Numbered from the stretch's first letter, positions 8,243 to 17,519 are shown. The stretch: 35,929 bases of DNA from a virus (IMGVR_UViG_3300044878_000191:1-35929); one strand, 5' to 3'. Made by a program: numbers and translations. The notes: generated from the sequence alone by a model not told the origin.

Positions 8243-8626
8243 TTAAAATTCGTTTTCTTCTAACCAATCTTTTAAAGCTTTCTCAAAATTTATAATAGTG
8301 TAAACATCTTCATTTTCATCAGGAATTTCAAGCCAAGCAATTTCTCCAATTAAAGTATCTTCAAAATCTCTTACTTCAATACTTGTAAATCCTTCCTTTG
8401 TATTGAAAGGGTGAAACACATAATCAAATAATTGATAATCATTGCCATCATTTACAAACCCTCCTTCAGGGGTAATATCTACTGTTGTAGGGTAGTTGAA
8501 TAACCAACTTATTTCATCCACAATACAATCTCCATACTCTTCTGAACCATAGTTAATTAAAATTCCTCTTAATTTTTCGTGAGTTGTCTCTATTTCTTCT
8601 TTTGTCAGAGTGTTTAACGTTTTCAT
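8243..8626 (-). CDS. Hypothetical acidic protein
   Basis: Start adjusted to MKTLNTLT. Confidence 0.75.
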   Translation of the reverse strand: MKTLNTLTKEEIETTHEKLRGILINYGSEEYGDCIVDEISWLFNYPTTVDITPEGGFVNDGNDYQLFDYVFHPFNTKEGFTSIEVRDFEDTLIGEIAWLEIPDENEDVYTIINFEKALKDWLEENEF

Positions 8627-8627
8627 A

Positions 8628-8855
8628 TTACACATTTTTATAGTTGTCAATACCCACATGAAGTTTTAAAAATTGATTTAAGTACTTCGCAGTTGTCTTA
8701 CTTTGTGGTTGATTTTCTGTTATTTTGATAATTGGCTCATTACCATTTTCGTAATTCTCAATAGTACATACTATTGTATCATAAGATTGAAATACTATCT
8801 TATTGTCTGAGAAAAAATAAAACTGATTTGGTGCTAATTGCCTGATTGTTTGCAT
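8628..8855 (-). CDS. Conserved small phage protein
   Basis: NQF...FQSYDTIV...SKTTAKYLNQF motif, recurrent in phage early regions. Confidence 0.75.
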   Translation of the reverse strand: MQTIRQLAPNQFYFFSDNKIVFQSYDTIVCTIENYENGNEPIIKITENQPQSKTTAKYLNQFLKLHVGIDNYKNV

Positions 8856-8865
8856 GATACTGTTT

Positions 8866-9078
8866 CTAATTAATGATATAAAAAATAAGGTCGCTTGTGG
8901 GAGACGTTTCTACTGTCACTCTGTCGGTTTCGTCTTGTCTTATTGCATCTAATAGACACTCCGCTTCTTTAGCAGTAATATCAACTCCTACTGAACATCC
9001 TCTGATGTGGAAATACATTTTCCAACTTAGATTGTTAATGTTAAAAGTTATCTGTGTAATCTGTGTTTGTGTTTTCAT
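8866..9078 (-). CDS. Hypothetical protein
   Basis: ORF track; packed. Confidence 0.65.
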   Translation of the reverse strand: MKTQTQITQITFNINNLSWKMYFHIRGCSVGVDITAKEAECLLDAIRQDETDRVTVETSPTSDLIFYIIN

Positions 9079-9086
9079 AATCTATG

Positions 9087-9359
9087 TTATTTATGATATT
9101 TAGATTTTGGACGTTCAAAAGGTTTTCCATTTTTATCTGTAAACTCGGTTATAGTAGGAAAATCAATAGGTTTAATTTTTAAAGATTCATTTGCAAAATA
9201 ATCCTCACTCATTTGGTTTTTAATGTCTTGAACACTAGCAACTATTTCTATATCATTTGTAGGTAAAGACATAAGTATAGCTTCATTTAATGTAGTTTGT
9301 CCAAAACTGCCACCGCCTAGTATAACTACTTTCGGTTTTTCTTTATTATTAAATTTCAT
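9087..9359 (-). CDS. Hypothetical protein
   Basis: ORF track; C-terminal PKSKYHK. Confidence 0.7.
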   Translation of the reverse strand: MKFNNKEKPKVVILGGGSFGQTTLNEAILMSLPTNDIEIVASVQDIKNQMSEDYFANESLKIKPIDFPTITEFTDKNGKPFERPKSKYHK

Positions 9360-9373
9360 AATGTAATGCTTAA

Positions 9374-9544
9374 TTATTCTAAAATTTCGTTGTACTCTTC
9401 TTCTGTGATATTTCCTTCGTGAAGGTTAATTTTAGCTTTAATGATTTTTACTAAACTGTTTACATCATTAATATCTAAACTCTCAAAAACTCCGTCTTTA
9501 TATTCTTCTATAATAGGCACTAATTGTTCAATCCAATTTTCCAT
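9374..9544 (-). CDS. Hypothetical protein
   Basis: Start adjusted to MENWIEQ to avoid a 74-nt overlap. Confidence 0.6.
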   Translation of the reverse strand: MENWIEQLVPIIEEYKDGVFESLDINDVNSLVKIIKAKINLHEGNITEEEYNEILE

Positions 9545-9554
9545 AACTAATTTT

Positions 9555-9767
9555 TTAAATTTTAGTGGCGTAAAAACATTTTGCAGTTTCTCTAAAACTG
9601 TGCTCGTCTCTGAAACTACAAGTTCCATGTTTACTTCTTAAGTCAGAGAATATAATATCTCTATAACCTTTTTCACTTAGAAAGTTTTCTAAGTCTACCT
9701 CGTTGTTGGCTACCAATATACGGTCTTCTGTAAAATTGGCTTCTAAATGGAATATTAATAAGTTCAT
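9555..9767 (-). CDS. Hypothetical protein
   Basis: ORF track. Confidence 0.65.
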   Translation of the reverse strand: MNLLIFHLEANFTEDRILVANNEVDLENFLSEKGYRDIIFSDLRSKHGTCSFRDEHSFRETAKCFYATKI

Positions 9768-9769
9768 AG

Positions 9770-10276
9770 TTACTTTTTTAAGTTGTTTTTGTACATTTTT
9801 TCAATAACATCACTATAAGTGTCAATCAAATTCTCACTTGTAGTAAACGGAGTCTCGCTTCTTTTAATCCAAAAATCTTCACTGTACATTACTAACTTAG
9901 GTTTATATATTAACTCTCCATTTTCAAAAGGACAATACATTCTGACAGTAACAGCATCTTTTCTTATTCCACAATGCTCTAAGTAGCCACCAATTCTCAT
10001 CTCTAAAATTTTACCAAAACGATTTACATCTAACAACTTAATGGTATTCCTATTTCTAAAATGAGAAGAAACGGTTAGACTTAATGGTTCTAGCAACTCT
10101 GTTAAATCTGCATGAATAACTTCTAAAACTTTTTGCATTTCAGCAATAATTATATTATTGTTTTGTTCTATTAATGCTTCTCTTCTTTTTTCTTCCCTTA
10201 CTTTTTCAAGTATGTTGTTAACAGTATTACTTACTGTAACTTCTTCAATCAATAAAGTGAATGTATATTTTTTCAT
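9770..10276 (-). CDS. Hypothetical protein
   Basis: 168-aa ORF. Confidence 0.75.
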   Translation of the reverse strand: MKKYTFTLLIEEVTVSNTVNNILEKVREEKRREALIEQNNNIIIAEMQKVLEVIHADLTELLEPLSLTVSSHFRNRNTIKLLDVNRFGKILEMRIGGYLEHCGIRKDAVTVRMYCPFENGELIYKPKLVMYSEDFWIKRSETPFTTSENLIDTYSDVIEKMYKNNLKK

Positions 10277-10334
10277 AATGTTTTTAATTAAATTGTTTTA
10301 AATTCCGCGCCTAAAAACTAAAAAGAAACTGTTT

Positions 10335-10577
10335 TTAATAACTCCACAAAGTAGAATGTTTCATTAAACAAATAACTTCCGCCTGATTAATAATAGATTC
10401 AATAATCAATTTATTATAGTTATCTAAATCAACCTTAATTTCTCCGTAAGCGTCATAGTATTTTAAATACCCCTTACATTCTTTATCAAATTTAAGTTTA
10501 CCCCAAATTGGACAACCTTTAAATAAAGCTATCTTAAAAACTTTCTTGTCTTTTATACTATTACTCATTGTCTTCAA
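10335..10577 (-). CDS. Hypothetical protein
   Basis: ORF track. Confidence 0.65.
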   Translation of the reverse strand: MKTMSNSIKDKKVFKIALFKGCPIWGKLKFDKECKGYLKYYDAYGEIKVDLDNYNKLIIESIINQAEVICLMKHSTLWSY

Positions 10578-10752
10578 GTATTTGTTTTATCGTTTGTAAA
10601 GCCTCCTTTTTTGAAAGAGGCTTCATACCTTCGGCTTTACAAGCTTTGTCTGTGTAAACACCGTTTCTGTCGTTCCAGGCTAACCAATCAATTATGGTTT
10701 CTCTTCTCCAAAGTTTTATCATTGGATAGTCTGCTAGTTTTAAGTCCTGCAT
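10561..10752 (-). CDS. Hypothetical protein
   Basis: IDWLAWNDRNGVYTD motif; packed. Confidence 0.7.
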   Translation of the reverse strand: MQDLKLADYPMIKLWRRETIIDWLAWNDRNGVYTDKACKAEGMKPLSKKEALQTIKQILEDNE

Positions 10753-11159
10753 AAGTATGATTCGTCTTTATAGGTTACTTCTGTATAATCCATTCTTAAA
10801 TCGTCTGCCACTCCTTCCCAATTAATGTTGTTTGCTATGTACCAAGGTAAATCTCTTGGTAAATCACCAGTATCCTCTGCCATTTCTTTACAGTAGTCTT
10901 CAAAATCATCGTAAGTAATAAGTGCTACACCGTACTCCCACTCAGAGCCAATTTCGTCTGCTAAAGATTCTATTTCAGCAATCTCGGCAATCTCATCTAA
11001 CCATAGCTCTTTCCAATCCTGAATCTCTTCCTCTTCAAAACAAATATCGTCGTACTCGCTTGTCATATCCTCATAGTGAGGAAACTCTTCTAAGAAGCTT
11101 TCTAATACTTGTGCTTCTAACTCTTCTCTTCTTTCAATAAGGTCTCTTGAATCTAACAT
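10740..11159 (-). CDS. Acidic antirestriction (ArdA C-terminal-like) DNA-mimic protein
   Basis: Very D/E-rich. FEDYCKEMAEDTGDLPRDLPWYIANNINWEGVADDLRMDY resembles the ArdA C-terminal signature. Confidence 0.65.
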   Translation of the reverse strand: MLDSRDLIERREELEAQVLESFLEEFPHYEDMTSEYDDICFEEEEIQDWKELWLDEIAEIAEIESLADEIGSEWEYGVALITYDDFEDYCKEMAEDTGDLPRDLPWYIANNINWEGVADDLRMDYTEVTYKDESYLCRT

Positions 11160-12274
11160 AACGCTTCTTTTATTTGATTAAAACTAAATCTGTGGCACCC
11201 TGCTTTTACTATGGCGTCCTTCTTTTTCTTTTTAATGTACTCTACTGTGTAATTACCTACTCTTTTATTTACCTCAAGTCTGTCGCCTTTACTCAACGCT
11301 TCAATCTTAGGTAATAACAGTTTAAAAGCTGTCTTAAACTCTTCTAAGTGTACAGAAACACCTAAAGAAGTTCTTACCTTGTCTCCGTCAATTCTAATAG
11401 TTACGTTAGTATCTTTCAAATCTGTGTGTACAAAATCCTGTACCTCTTCCCATAGTTGGTTAAGTAAGTTTTCTTTATAGTATTTTTTACTGTCTTCTAT
11501 CTCATCAATAATACTTTGAATGTTGCTTACAATTGCTTCAAAGTCTTTTTTATGACTCTTTAAGTTTCTGATAAGGTCATTCTTAGTTTCCCCTTTGTCT
11601 AGGTACATATTGATTGCCTCATTGAAATCCTTATTGTTATCTACACTTAACTCAGAGAAAAAACTGTATCCAAAATGATTTGATAAAATATCTGTTTCAA
11701 TAGAATCTTCTCGGCATATAGAAAACCACCCTCCGCTTCTACCAAACTGATAACATTGAAACTCAATGTCTTTTCGTTTGTAGAATTCTTCATAATCGTA
11801 AGGCATGCGTTTCTTAATAAAATTTTCGAACGCTTCAATAGAAGGGTGTTCAATTGCACTGTCCCAATAAGAGCATATATAGTAATTCAAGTCAGGATGT
11901 CTTTCTATAGCTTTCTCTTTTGAGTAATCGTAATTATGCACTAATCTGTGTACTTTTAATATAGAGTATATATCACTAATATCTACATTGTCTTCATACT
12001 TCTCTTTTAAGTGAAATACCTCCATTTCATTGACATGGTTTTGTATATCAGATAAGCGGTCATCGTCAAACTCTTTTAGTATTTTTTTAGTTACTTTTTC
12101 AGAGTAGTTATTCTTTTTACAAATTTCAAGAACATCATCTTGGTCAAGCCATTCGTAACACTTAATGTTAGCTACAATATGACCTTGTCTTGTTTCGAAA
12201 TCTAATGCGTTTTCTGATATAGCTTCTAGTTCTTTTACTAGGTCTACTATTTTTGTATTGATTTTATTAAGCAT
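11153..12274 (-). CDS. Hypothetical phage protein (373 aa)
   Basis: Long ORF with GRSGGW and C-terminal KAGCH motifs. Confidence 0.85.
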   Translation of the reverse strand: MLNKINTKIVDLVKELEAISENALDFETRQGHIVANIKCYEWLDQDDVLEICKKNNYSEKVTKKILKEFDDDRLSDIQNHVNEMEVFHLKEKYEDNVDISDIYSILKVHRLVHNYDYSKEKAIERHPDLNYYICSYWDSAIEHPSIEAFENFIKKRMPYDYEEFYKRKDIEFQCYQFGRSGGWFSICREDSIETDILSNHFGYSFFSELSVDNNKDFNEAINMYLDKGETKNDLIRNLKSHKKDFEAIVSNIQSIIDEIEDSKKYYKENLLNQLWEEVQDFVHTDLKDTNVTIRIDGDKVRTSLGVSVHLEEFKTAFKLLLPKIEALSKGDRLEVNKRVGNYTVEYIKKKKKDAIVKAGCHRFSFNQIKEALC

Positions 12275-12296
12275 GGCAATGAGTTTTATAGTTGAA

Positions 12297-12304
12297 CAAA
12301 TTTA
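12297..12304 (-). promoter_or_regulatory. Bacteroidota sigma-A -7 element
   Basis: TAAATTTG on the minus strand in an intergenic gap; -33 element unclear. Confidence 0.5.
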
Positions 12305-12315
12305 CAAAATACTTT

Positions 12316-12597
12316 TTAATAACCTATTATTTTTTCTAGTTTTTTTACCACTTTATCGGCGGTACTTCCAAACAAAGTAACTCGTTGCGATTTTAAGTTC
12401 TCTGAGCCAATACAATGTCTTAAATCTATGGTTACTTTATTCTCATTTGACTTAAACATATTACTACTAAAAGTATTGATACAAAATTTAATAGCCTCTT
12501 CATGAGTGGTATCTATTAAGTTAAGATACTTTGTTTCTTTTTCGTCTTTTATTGTAAGACGTATAAGTTCTAATTTTATAGGTGTGTATATCTTCAT
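12316..12597 (-). CDS. Hypothetical protein
   Basis: ORF track. Confidence 0.7.
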   Translation of the reverse strand: MKIYTPIKLELIRLTIKDEKETKYLNLIDTTHEEAIKFCINTFSSNMFKSNENKVTIDLRHCIGSENLKSQRVTLFGSTADKVVKKLEKIIGY

Positions 12598-12695
12598 AAT
12601 ACTAAAGATTCCAAATTATGTAGTAAACTATTGAGAAGATAAGCATGGTGCGTAAATACAACATACCTACACTTGCATTTCTTTTTTCCATAGGG

Positions 12696-13040
12696 TTAGA
12701 AATTAAATAAATGTTGGTAATCTCTTGGATTTTCTTTGATATGCTCGGCAATTACTTCGGGAAAGTCTGCCAAATCCTTAACTTCAAAGTAATCAAAGGA
12801 TTCTAAATTACCGTATCCATTGAACTTTACGTAGTTGTCATTTGGATTGTATTCCCCACAATGCGCCGTTCTTAGTAAATCTAACGGCTTAGTGTTGCTA
12901 AAGAATACTTCAAAGAACTCTTCATCATTGTGCCAAATCTCTCCGTCTATATTACTCTCTTGACAATAAGTGTTGTTCAAGTCGATTAATTCTGAACTTT
13001 CCATTTCATTAATAGCTGTAATAATATTTTTTAGTTTCAT
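12696..13040 (-). CDS. Conserved acidic phage protein
   Basis: YVKFNGYGNLES motif, recurrent in phage early proteins. Confidence 0.75.
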   Translation of the reverse strand: MKLKNIITAINEMESSELIDLNNTYCQESNIDGEIWHNDEEFFEVFFSNTKPLDLLRTAHCGEYNPNDNYVKFNGYGNLESFDYFEVKDLADFPEVIAEHIKENPRDYQHLFNF

Positions 13041-13222
13041 GACTGTAATTTGTTTTCGTTATACCATTTTAAACCTTTATACTTTTTGAACGTCTTCACT
13101 TTGATTCCACAATTCAGCAGGCATCATATCTTCATCATCTTGTAATGAAGTGATACACACATCTTCTTCGGTTACTCTAACCACTTCTAAAGTGGCGTAC
13201 TTATAAATTACTGTTTTCATAG

Positions 13223-13486
13223 TTAATAAGACTGATTTATAATTAATTTATAATGTTTTATAGCAATTTTCGACCCAATGTCGTACCCACTATCTGCCCC
13301 AAAACCTGTTTCAAACTTACCATTTGGCAATATAACATCACTCATGTTGTTTTGTAGGGATGTCACTTTTATTCCGAAAGGTTTTAACCCTTGAGCCACT
13401 TCTAACTGCAACTGTCTTAATTCATATTCGTTCAGTATATATCTACCTACTCTGAATTTTGGCGGTTTAATTCTAGTAATTAACAT
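13223..13486 (-). CDS. Hypothetical protein
   Basis: ORF track. Confidence 0.7.
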   Translation of the reverse strand: MLITRIKPPKFRVGRYILNEYELRQLQLEVAQGLKPFGIKVTSLQNNMSDVILPNGKFETGFGADSGYDIGSKIAIKHYKLIINQSY

Positions 13487-13674
13487 TTTAAAAGGTCTAC
13501 TGTTTGGTTATAAAATGCTATGTAAAAGTCTTTTGGTAGCTTTACATTATACTCGTCTGCTTGTCGCATCAAGTAGTTTTTAATAGAGTCAAAATCATCT
13601 TGACAATTATTTAACTCACAATACTTTTTTATATTTTCGTGAGCGGTATCTCTAAGAAGTTGTATTGTTTCCAT
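13480..13674 (-). CDS. Hypothetical protein
   Basis: ORF track. Confidence 0.65.
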   Translation of the reverse strand: METIQLLRDTAHENIKKYCELNNCQDDFDSIKNYLMRQADEYNVKLPKDFYIAFYNQTVDLLKC

Positions 13675-13839
13675 ATCTTTATAATTTAACTACAAAATAC
13701 TCTTGCCAATTGTCATCATTATCGTCGCCAGTTGCTTCATATAAACTGTTGTCTACATTTTGTTCTATGAACTCCCAACCTTCTTCAAAGGTATTAAAAA
13801 CTTTGTCTTGAAACAAGTGGTTACCCGCCCAATCTTTAA

Positions 13840-14604
13840 TTATAAACTTTTCCATAAGTCGCCTGATAAACTGTTTATACTTTTGTACACTTCTAAGGCT
13901 TTTGCTTTTACATCTGTAATATGCTCAAACTCGTAGTCAATAGCGAAGTTATCCAAGTCAATTATCATGTAGTTTTCTTGAATGTACTTTTCTATCACTT
14001 TTACCTCTTCATCATACGGCTCCCAATTACAAAACTCAGAAGAGTATATGTTTGATTGACATTGCTCATAAAAGTCTTCTTTTATGTCCTCTATTTCCCC
14101 ACCTATTGTAAAGATATAAGTTAATACCGCTCCAATAGCTTGGCTATTGTTGTCTTTAAAGTCTTCTAACCATTCGGGATAATTATTAGCTGTATGTGAA
14201 ATAAAGCCGTCATAGCTAGTATAATTATTTTTTAGAAATATCTCAAACCATTCTTGGTTATCCTTGGCAAACTTTAAGACGTGCCTTTTATTGAACTCTA
14301 CTGTTAAGTCGATTTGGTCTGTTGCAAAGTTATAGTATTTAGGACTGTAAATTTCGCCCGCTTTTATCTTAAACTTCATGCCTTCCACTTCATAGACTTC
14401 GCCTTTAAAAAAGACTTGTGCCTGGCGTTCTACTTCCTTGACATAATCTTGCATAGAGAAGTTGTCCCAAAAATACTCAGGGTCTACATACATATCTTCC
14501 ATATCGTACAGTACGTCACTAAACATACTGTCAGGATCTAAAACACTATTATACATTCCTACATCTATAATAGGAAATAAGTCGGTATTAATTTTTGCTT
14601 TCAT
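13840..14604 (-). CDS. Acidic hypothetical phage protein
   Basis: 254 aa; SPKYYNFATD and SYDGFIS motifs. Confidence 0.8.
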   Translation of the reverse strand: MKAKINTDLFPIIDVGMYNSVLDPDSMFSDVLYDMEDMYVDPEYFWDNFSMQDYVKEVERQAQVFFKGEVYEVEGMKFKIKAGEIYSPKYYNFATDQIDLTVEFNKRHVLKFAKDNQEWFEIFLKNNYTSYDGFISHTANNYPEWLEDFKDNNSQAIGAVLTYIFTIGGEIEDIKEDFYEQCQSNIYSSEFCNWEPYDEEVKVIEKYIQENYMIIDLDNFAIDYEFEHITDVKAKALEVYKSINSLSGDLWKSL

Positions 14605-14824
14605 AGCTTTGTGTTTTGTATAATTTTTTGGCGCGCTCGAATATAATACTATATGCAGTGCGCTCGGTTACACCTGTTTTTTGTTGCCTGTTTTGAATAG
14701 CCTTTACTAGATTCATATCATCTACATTAAACACTATTACTTTTCGTCTTACTAAGACCTCAGCTACATAACTTTTATTGTTGTATGTTAGCTTTACTTT
14801 ACTGATGTAGTCTTTTATATTCAT
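14588..14824 (-). CDS. Hypothetical protein
   Basis: ORF track. Confidence 0.65.
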   Translation of the reverse strand: MNIKDYISKVKLTYNNKSYVAEVLVRRKVIVFNVDDMNLVKAIQNRQQKTGVTERTAYSIIFERAKKLYKTQSYESKN

Positions 14825-14967
14825 AACTTATACGTCATACTCTCGTTTATAGTAGGCTTTTAATTCAGCCAAAGTAAAGCGTTTTCTGTATAGAGTGCAT
14901 TGCGTTCTATATACATCATCTGATACTTTTACCACGTTGTCGGACTTAAGCCAACTGTTGAATGTAG

Positions 14968-15312
14968 CTATATTTCCCATCGCTCAAAGAAAAAAGAATT
15001 AAAGTTAATCTCTTCATAGGAATACCACACCTCTTCATCATAACCCTCTTCGCCCTCTTCCATAATGTAGTCTACTTCTAAGTAGGCGCAAATTGCTTCA
15101 TAAAAATCGTGAGCATCTATGATTTTAACGTAAGATGTTGTATTGGTTACACTCACTACCATAAACATAGGGTCTTGATATAAGTTACCAAAGTAAGTCT
15201 TTAAACTTCTCTTATAAGGCTCTAACTTTTCAAACAAAATAGCTTTTGTAGGCTCTTCGTTTATTGTTATGATTTCGTGTAATTTCATAACTGCTATTTT
15301 ATATGTTTCCAC
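14968..15312 (-). CDS. Hypothetical protein
   Basis: ORF track; acidic C-terminus. Confidence 0.7.
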   Translation of the reverse strand: METYKIAVMKLHEIITINEEPTKAILFEKLEPYKRSLKTYFGNLYQDPMFMVVSVTNTTSYVKIIDAHDFYEAICAYLEVDYIMEEGEEGYDEEVWYSYEEINFNSFFFERWEI

Positions 15313-15758
15313 TTATCACCCTCACTCAACACGATTGTATTGAGTGCCTTGTGCAATTCATACCTTCTCACACTTCCGTGAGAATCTATGATTGCTACTA
15401 AATTCCAATCTAGCTTATCTTTAGGAATATATTCGCCTATGCTAGGTATAAACACATACTCTTTAATATTACCTAAATCTTGAATGGTCTCTTCGACACT
15501 AGAATCGTACTTACGTAGCTTAGAGAATACCTTAGCTAGTTTTTTGAAATGCTCAGGACTATCTGTTTCAGTGTTTAACCTTCTTGCATACCAACTGTCT
15601 GTGCCTATTGTTTGTTGAAAAGATATCCAACCAATAGCTCTAAAAGAAGGCACCTCATTTTTACCTCTTGTGCCTGCATACTCATCTATTAAGATATGTA
15701 TAGTTTTAAAGTTATAACTTGCACTGCTAGTATCTCTAATTTCTATATTTACTGCCAT
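15294..15758 (-). CDS. Hypothetical protein
   Basis: ORF track. Confidence 0.75.
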   Translation of the reverse strand: MAVNIEIRDTSSASYNFKTIHILIDEYAGTRGKNEVPSFRAIGWISFQQTIGTDSWYARRLNTETDSPEHFKKLAKVFSKLRKYDSSVEETIQDLGNIKEYVFIPSIGEYIPKDKLDWNLVAIIDSHGSVRRYELHKALNTIVLSEGDKWKHIK

Positions 15759-15772
15759 AACTCTACTTTTAT

Positions 15773-16441
15773 TTATTGAATTACACTTAATATTCTTAAC
15801 TCGTTGTCGTCAAACAATGCTTTCATATTTGCATACTCTTTACTTACTGCCTTGTAAATTTTCTTTGCTCGGCGTGAGTCTGTATCGTACCCAAACTCAC
15901 TACAAAAGTCTTCAAAGGTGCCTACTTCATACTTTTGTAAGCAAGTAAGTACATTATACAAACTAGGTTTTTTACCCGCCACAAGAGAATAAAGATAGAA
16001 ACTACCTTTACCAACATTACGCTCTAAATAAGCTTTATCTGTAGAGTAGCTATTACCTATACCTTTACCATTTAAAGTAAACATACGCTTAGAGGTATTA
16101 TCTAAGTAGTAAGTACTGTTAGCAATACTTTGCCCATACTTAAAACTGTATGAACGACTGCCACGTTTTAAAGTGATAGTATAAATATCTCTAGTGTACG
16201 TATCGTCTTGAAAATGGTAGTCGTTCTTTAAAAACGCCGCCTCAAAACTAAAAGTAAAGACTTTAGACATAACCTCAACAGCTAAATCATATAAACTACT
16301 ATCCATAAGAGATTCTAAATACTCTTCAAATAATAACAGTAAAGATTGATACTGTAAAGAGGAATGATAAGTATCTAAGATACATTCAACCATAGTAGGA
16401 TTAAAACTATTTAATACCTCAACTAGACATTCTTTTTTCAT
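15773..16441 (-). CDS. Conserved hypothetical phage protein
   Basis: PSLYNVLTCL...TFEDFCSEFGYDTDSR motif, recurrent in phage early regions. Confidence 0.8.
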   Translation of the reverse strand: MKKECLVEVLNSFNPTMVECILDTYHSSLQYQSLLLLFEEYLESLMDSSLYDLAVEVMSKVFTFSFEAAFLKNDYHFQDDTYTRDIYTITLKRGSRSYSFKYGQSIANSTYYLDNTSKRMFTLNGKGIGNSYSTDKAYLERNVGKGSFYLYSLVAGKKPSLYNVLTCLQKYEVGTFEDFCSEFGYDTDSRRAKKIYKAVSKEYANMKALFDDNELRILSVIQ

Positions 16442-16759
16442 ATTAGTTCATATTAGCACCTGATAAGTGCATTAAGATTAAAATGATTGCAACTGTTAGA
16501 AACATACAAACAATTTCTAACCTCTCTTTTCTTGATAACTTAAATGATGACTTCATAAAATGATGATTTAGTTTAACACTACATTATAAATATAAATACT
16601 TGCCTAAGAATTAGTAAAAAATTAGGAATTTTGCCTATTTTAAAGGTTTTGAGGTAAGTAAAAAACTGGTTTTAATAGTTGGTGGTAAATGTTGAGGGGG
16701 GGTGTCTACCCTTATAAAGCCCCGTAAACACTGGCTTTTTTAAACCCTTCTAACAATTA

Positions 16760-16775
16760 CGTTCCACGTGGAACA
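16760..16775. promoter_or_regulatory. parS: parS-like ParB/Spo0J binding palindrome
   Basis: CGTTCCACGTGGAACA, with a perfect 14-bp core palindrome GTTCCACGTGGAAC. Matches the chromosomal parS pattern (T/C)GTT(T/C)CACGTG(A/G)AACA. Confidence 0.75.
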
Positions 16776-16828
16776 ATCCCTACATTAAGCGTTCCACGCT
16801 ATTTGTTTCACAAACGTTTCACAAGTGA

Positions 16829-16925
16829 TTTATTACATTATTCTCATTAAAATGCCCTTTTCATTGCGAATGTTTTGTATTGGCTCTAGGGGAAAATAAA
16901 AGAAAACTGAGAATAATGTAATAAA
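16829..16925. repeat. Perfect 18-bp inverted repeat with 61-nt spacer
   Basis: TTTATTACATTATTCTCA (16829-16846) / TGAGAATAATGTAATAAA (16908-16925). Confidence 0.85.
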
Positions 16926-16933
16926 CTGGATTT

Positions 16934-17161
16934 TTACCCTTGAATTACTCTTTCGACTTGTATTGTCATATCAAAATATGATGTAAACAAGCTTTCCCAA
17001 GTAATATACTTGTGTCTTTGGCATATCTTGTTAAGGATATGCTCATAACACGTTTCCAATGGTTCGGGTGTTACGTATTTGAAGTGAGAAGATAACCCTT
17101 CTTCGTTGTTTTCGTCTACCCATTCGTATTCTATGTGATAGACTGTTATTGTTTTATTCAT
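16934..17161 (-). CDS. Hypothetical protein
   Basis: ORF track. Confidence 0.7.
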   Translation of the reverse strand: MNKTITVYHIEYEWVDENNEEGLSSHFKYVTPEPLETCYEHILNKICQRHKYITWESLFTSYFDMTIQVERVIQG

Positions 17162-17238
17162 AATCAGTTTCTTTTTTAGTTTTTATTACGGCGAATTACT
17201 CTTGCTTAAAGTCAAATTGACTTATTACATACACTTTT

Positions 17239-17287
17239 AAAGTCATTCTTTTTATTCCCTCTCGGGCAGAATAAAAGAATTGACTTT
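17239..17287. terminator. Long AT-rich intergenic hairpin (terminator or processing stem)
   Basis: AAAGTCATTCTTTTTATTC-loop-GAATAAAAGAATTGACTTT. Confidence 0.5.
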
Positions 17288-17297
17288 TTTAAAGCTT

Positions 17298-17519
17298 TTA
17301 GTCTTTATTACGGAGCTTAAGAAGGTTTGGCTCTCTATATTCCCCAATACAAGGACTATATACTGCTTGCCTATGTTGGTGTATGTTTTTAAAAGCTTCT
17401 GCTCTTATGTAAGCACATAACTCTCCGTAGTTGTCTAAAGCAAACTGCTTGGCTTGCTCTTCTGTTACTTTCTTTAATAGTATATTTGTAACAGTTCCTT
17501 TTAATGTTTTACTTTTCAT
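17298..17519 (-). CDS. Hypothetical protein
   Basis: ORF track. Confidence 0.7.
   Translation of the reverse strand: MKSKTLKGTVTNILLKKVTEEQAKQFALDNYGELCAYIRAEAFKNIHQHRQAVYSPCIGEYREPNLLKLRNKD

Noticed and set aside
9087-9359. Rossmann-fold dehydrogenase from VVILGGGSFG
   Set aside because: The protein is only 90 aa and lacks the rest of the fold, so the motif alone is insufficient.
1511-11859. Nested same-strand ORFs 1511-1720 and 11647-11859
   Set aside because: Alternative frames fully inside longer, well-supported genes.
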